Shown here: piece by piece, positions 61,071-64,000 of the stretch
Layout: each line of letters begins with the position of its first letter
Position numbering within the stretch: the first letter of the stretch is position 1
NCBI GenBank assembly: GCA_051294905.1
Contig: CM119376.1
Location: forward strand, 15,438,001 to 15,502,000
Source: Botryllus schlosseri
Taxonomy: Eukaryota
Length of the DNA stretch: 64,000 nt
Direction: 5' to 3'
The notes under the pieces: generated by a model
Told to the model about the DNA's origin: nothing
Databases searched by the model: none
The model's input: the letters and a program-made list of their open reading frames with translations, nothing else
Translations under genes and position numbers: made by a program

Positions 61071-62462
61071 ATGCTATCTAACTACGAAGAGCTCAAAGGG
61101 CAGAACTCTGAATGTGAAGAATCAGAAAATACATTCGAAATTCATGGCAGACGCTACAGATTATTACCCAAGAGATGGGCTTTACTACTTGTCGTATGTC
61201 TAATTCTAATTTTGGACATATTCAACACGTCGTTTTTTGCTTTTATCAACGATGTCACTTCAATATACTTCAACGCGGAGCCTTCAACTGTTGACTCACT
61301 GACCTACCTGTATTTAACTGGACGTGTAATTTTTGGCATCGTTGTGTGTTTTTTCAGTGAAACGATGCGATTCCGAAACATGGCTCTATTGGCTTCTGGT
61401 GTCATGGCGGTTGCCAACATCATGATTGCTTTCGGTGTAGTGTCACGAAATCGTATTGTTCTCGTCATGGTTGGCCAATTCGTGACCGGTGCATCTTCAG
61501 CTCTGACGATACTGTTGGTGCAATTAGTTGCTACAAATTGGTTCCCTAAGTATGAGCGAGGTCGGGCTGTTGCCTTTCCGTTAGTTGCTAGGAAAATATC
61601 ATCCATTTTGTCAAATATCGTCGCTACGAGGCTCTTAGGAGCTGATGGAAAGCAAGAGCATCTTATTAGTAGGTTCTCAACGGTATTTACAACTGTCTTC
61701 GTGTCCTTATCTGTTCTATCCGCAGCGTGCTGCGCGCTATCTTGGTTTTATGTCGTAGAAACTCCGCCACTGGTTATTGATCATGTCGACAGAGTGGCTG
61801 AAGAAATTCCATTGAATAAAACTGTTTCACGTCTTCGTCTTTGGGAAGACTTCAAAAATTTTCTACGCGTGTGGACCAATATTCCTTTTCTTTTAATATT
61901 TTTCATGTATGTTTTCGTCCTTACTGCAAAACCATTGGCAGAGGTACTGTTATCATCACTTATAACGACTGCGTTTCCAGAAGTTGATGATCAATTTGTC
62001 GGTATGATTTATATAGCTAGCGTCGTTACGTCTTCTCTTTTATCTGCTCTAGTCGGTGTTCTGCTTGATAAATTCCCCAAGCCCCGGCTGACGTTTATTA
62101 TTCTTGTAGCCCTATCTATATCTGGCATTATCATATTAAGCGTTAGTTTATCGGGCTTACTTCATTCATTGTATTCGGTGGTACCGTCGTTTTTTGTAGC
62201 CGAGACCTGCAGATACGTTGCATTTGTTTGCCTGACTCACCGACTGACCGCCGTTATGATTGATCAGCCTCGTTCTATCCGCCTGAAGGCGGTTTGCCTC
62301 TTTGGTTCCTTGCCAGTTTTCAGCATCACGATTGGGACAATCATAACACGTGTTTTGATCAGCAAAACAAGTCCTGCTGTCGCCGTGTGTTTTCCGCTGC
62401 CATTTTTGTTGGCGTGTATTCTGTGTTACGTTTTTTGTTGGCCTTTTTTGAAAGACACATGA
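61071..62462 (+). CDS. MFS transporter, divergent SLC49 (FLVCR/DIRC2/MFSD7) family, 463 aa, intronless
   Basis: About 12 hydrophobic segments; YRLLPKRWALL, VGQFV and ATNWFPKYERGRA match SLC49-family motifs; in-frame stop upstream of the ATG. Confidence 0.8.
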   Translation: MLSNYEELKGQNSECEESENTFEIHGRRYRLLPKRWALLLVVCLILILDIFNTSFFAFINDVTSIYFNAEPSTVDSLTYLYLTGRVIFGIVVCFFSETMRFRNMALLASGVMAVANIMIAFGVVSRNRIVLVMVGQFVTGASSALTILLVQLVATNWFPKYERGRAVAFPLVARKISSILSNIVATRLLGADGKQEHLISRFSTVFTTVFVSLSVLSAACCALSWFYVVETPPLVIDHVDRVAEEIPLNKTVSRLRLWEDFKNFLRVWTNIPFLLIFFMYVFVLTAKPLAEVLLSSLITTAFPEVDDQFVGMIYIASVVTSSLLSALVGVLLDKFPKPRLTFIILVALSISGIIILSVSLSGLLHSLYSVVPSFFVAETCRYVAFVCLTHRLTAVMIDQPRSIRLKAVCLFGSLPVFSITIGTIITRVLISKTSPAVAVCFPLPFLLACILCYVFCWPFLKDT

Positions 62463-63769
62463 TTTGTTGCGCATAGAGCTGGGAAGGAGTCGAAACGACA
62501 TGATGAAGTCGTTCTATCAAACTCCCACCTTCACGTACAAATATATTGATAAAAGTGGAAGAACGGGTCGAAAAGAGCACGCATACTAAATGTGGAATAG
62601 CCTAAGCCTACGGAATTATTGTATGCGACGAAGAGAAATGCTGTAGTGGGGTACAGGCGAAGCCAGTTTGTCAAATATCGATCCGACATGCTTGTATTCG
62701 GGCTTGAAGGTTGGCATACTCGAGGGCGCTCTGATGTAGGCCTACTTTAAGTTGTTGATATGGCTATAACTATAGCGACTGTATAGTGTATAGAGCTGAG
62801 GAAACGAGCAAATTTCCATTGCTTCGCCGCCCATTGAACCAAATCAGCCGATTTTGCTATTTTTTCAGTAAAATTTGGTGAGTTGACAAAAAAGAATGAA
62901 AAGGTCATCACTTTCGTTCGACTCCCGATTTATACACTCTTTACTTAAATTTAGTGGTGTTGACTAAAAAAAGTCGTCACTTTCGATCGAACCCAGAATT
63001 ACCCGTTCGAACGTCCGTCTTTGCTATTTCTGCCCATTTCCATTCGTATCTGTCCATTATCCTAGCTGTAAAAGCTGTAAAGGAGGACGAATTGGTAAAA
63101 AGGAGGACATTTAGGCGTCCTCTGAGTAGAATAAAATGCATATTTCCATAATCAGTACCACAGTAACTCTCGATCCATACCGGTTTTTTCAAATTTTGCA
63201 ATCTGTAGGATAACACAAATGTGGCCAGAATTGAATTAGTCAGATAGAGAAAATGTTGGTCGCACGACCAATCGCATTGAGCCGCGCGATTAGCCCGTGC
63301 AATGCATATATACTTACTTATACACCAGTGCACGACAGTATGGTATAACCATGAAAAATTCAAGGCTGATTTTAGGGAGTTCCAGGACCACGAGCAGAAT
63401 AAAAATTATATTTTTGTAATCACTAATGCGGTAGCTTTCTATTTTTACCAATTCTATCGAATTCGCGCTCGGCAACCCAGTCTAAATAGCGCCGTAAATG
63501 ACCTTCGGTCAAATGGAAATAATGACGTAACCCAATCGCAATGAACCGTGAGATTTTCTTACGCCCACACTTTTGCAGGACACTGTGGTATAAGGGTAAA
63601 TGTAAAAGTGACAGACGACAAACACAAAACAAAAGAAAGTAATGGGAGATTTTTAAGTCGTACAGCAGTATGTATCTTGAAGGGTCTAAATTTGCGTCGC
63701 GACCGCATCAGAGGGATCGTTGTGATATTTGCCGAGATCTGCGACAAAAAATAGTCGCTGTAGGTTAGA

Positions 63770-64000
63770 CAGGGTTGCAACCAAGTCACTAAGCTTCGAG
63801 TCACAAGTCAATCTCACTTTTATAGTTTTGACTCGAGTCAAGTCGAGTCATTTTCAACTCGCCACCGAGTCAAGTCCGAGTCCAATTCAGCGAGCACAGG
63901 GTCGAGTCCGAGTCATGGTACTATGACTCGAGTCCGAGACCAAGTCATTGTGTTGACTGCTCAGTTTCCAGTTAAAGTCTTGTAAACCCACTTTTCATAA
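63770..64000 (-). mobile_element. hAT MITE (same family as 49378-49960), cut by window end
   Basis: Starts CAGGGTTGCAACCAAGTCAC; near-identical to the reverse complement of the 49960 end. Confidence 0.88.

Overview
Eukaryotic (animal) genomic DNA, AT-rich. The compact introns, gene set and repeat types suggest an invertebrate chordate such as a tunicate; this is inference, not tested. Six protein-coding genes are supported. ANKRD6/Diversin is on the minus strand with 11 reconstructed coding exons. Intronless TTC23 (+) lies head-to-head with it, and CLUAP1/IFT38 (-, 2 exons) lies tail-to-tail with TTC23. CLASRP (-) has 10 exons, TBC1D25 (+) has an intronless CDS, and there is an intronless, divergent SLC49/FLVCR-family MFS transporter (+). 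The rest is dense with non-autonomous DNA transposons: at least 13 hAT-type elements with readable 8-bp TSDs, several nested. There is also one Mutator-like MITE, two tRNA-headed SINEs, decayed LINE/piggyBac-like remnants, a minisatellite, and an ~18-kb gene-free nested TE island (41.9-59.6 kb). I found no CRISPR array, rRNA, true tRNA or intact transposase. The best leads are: a cilium/PCP gene trio sharing a putative RFX/Forkhead bidirectional promoter; an E-box-packed MITE beside it; a weak 67-bp ANKRD6 intron whose retention gives an ankyrin-only protein; and an enriched TAGCCTA motif. All gene identities come from recalled homology and manual translation, not database searches.
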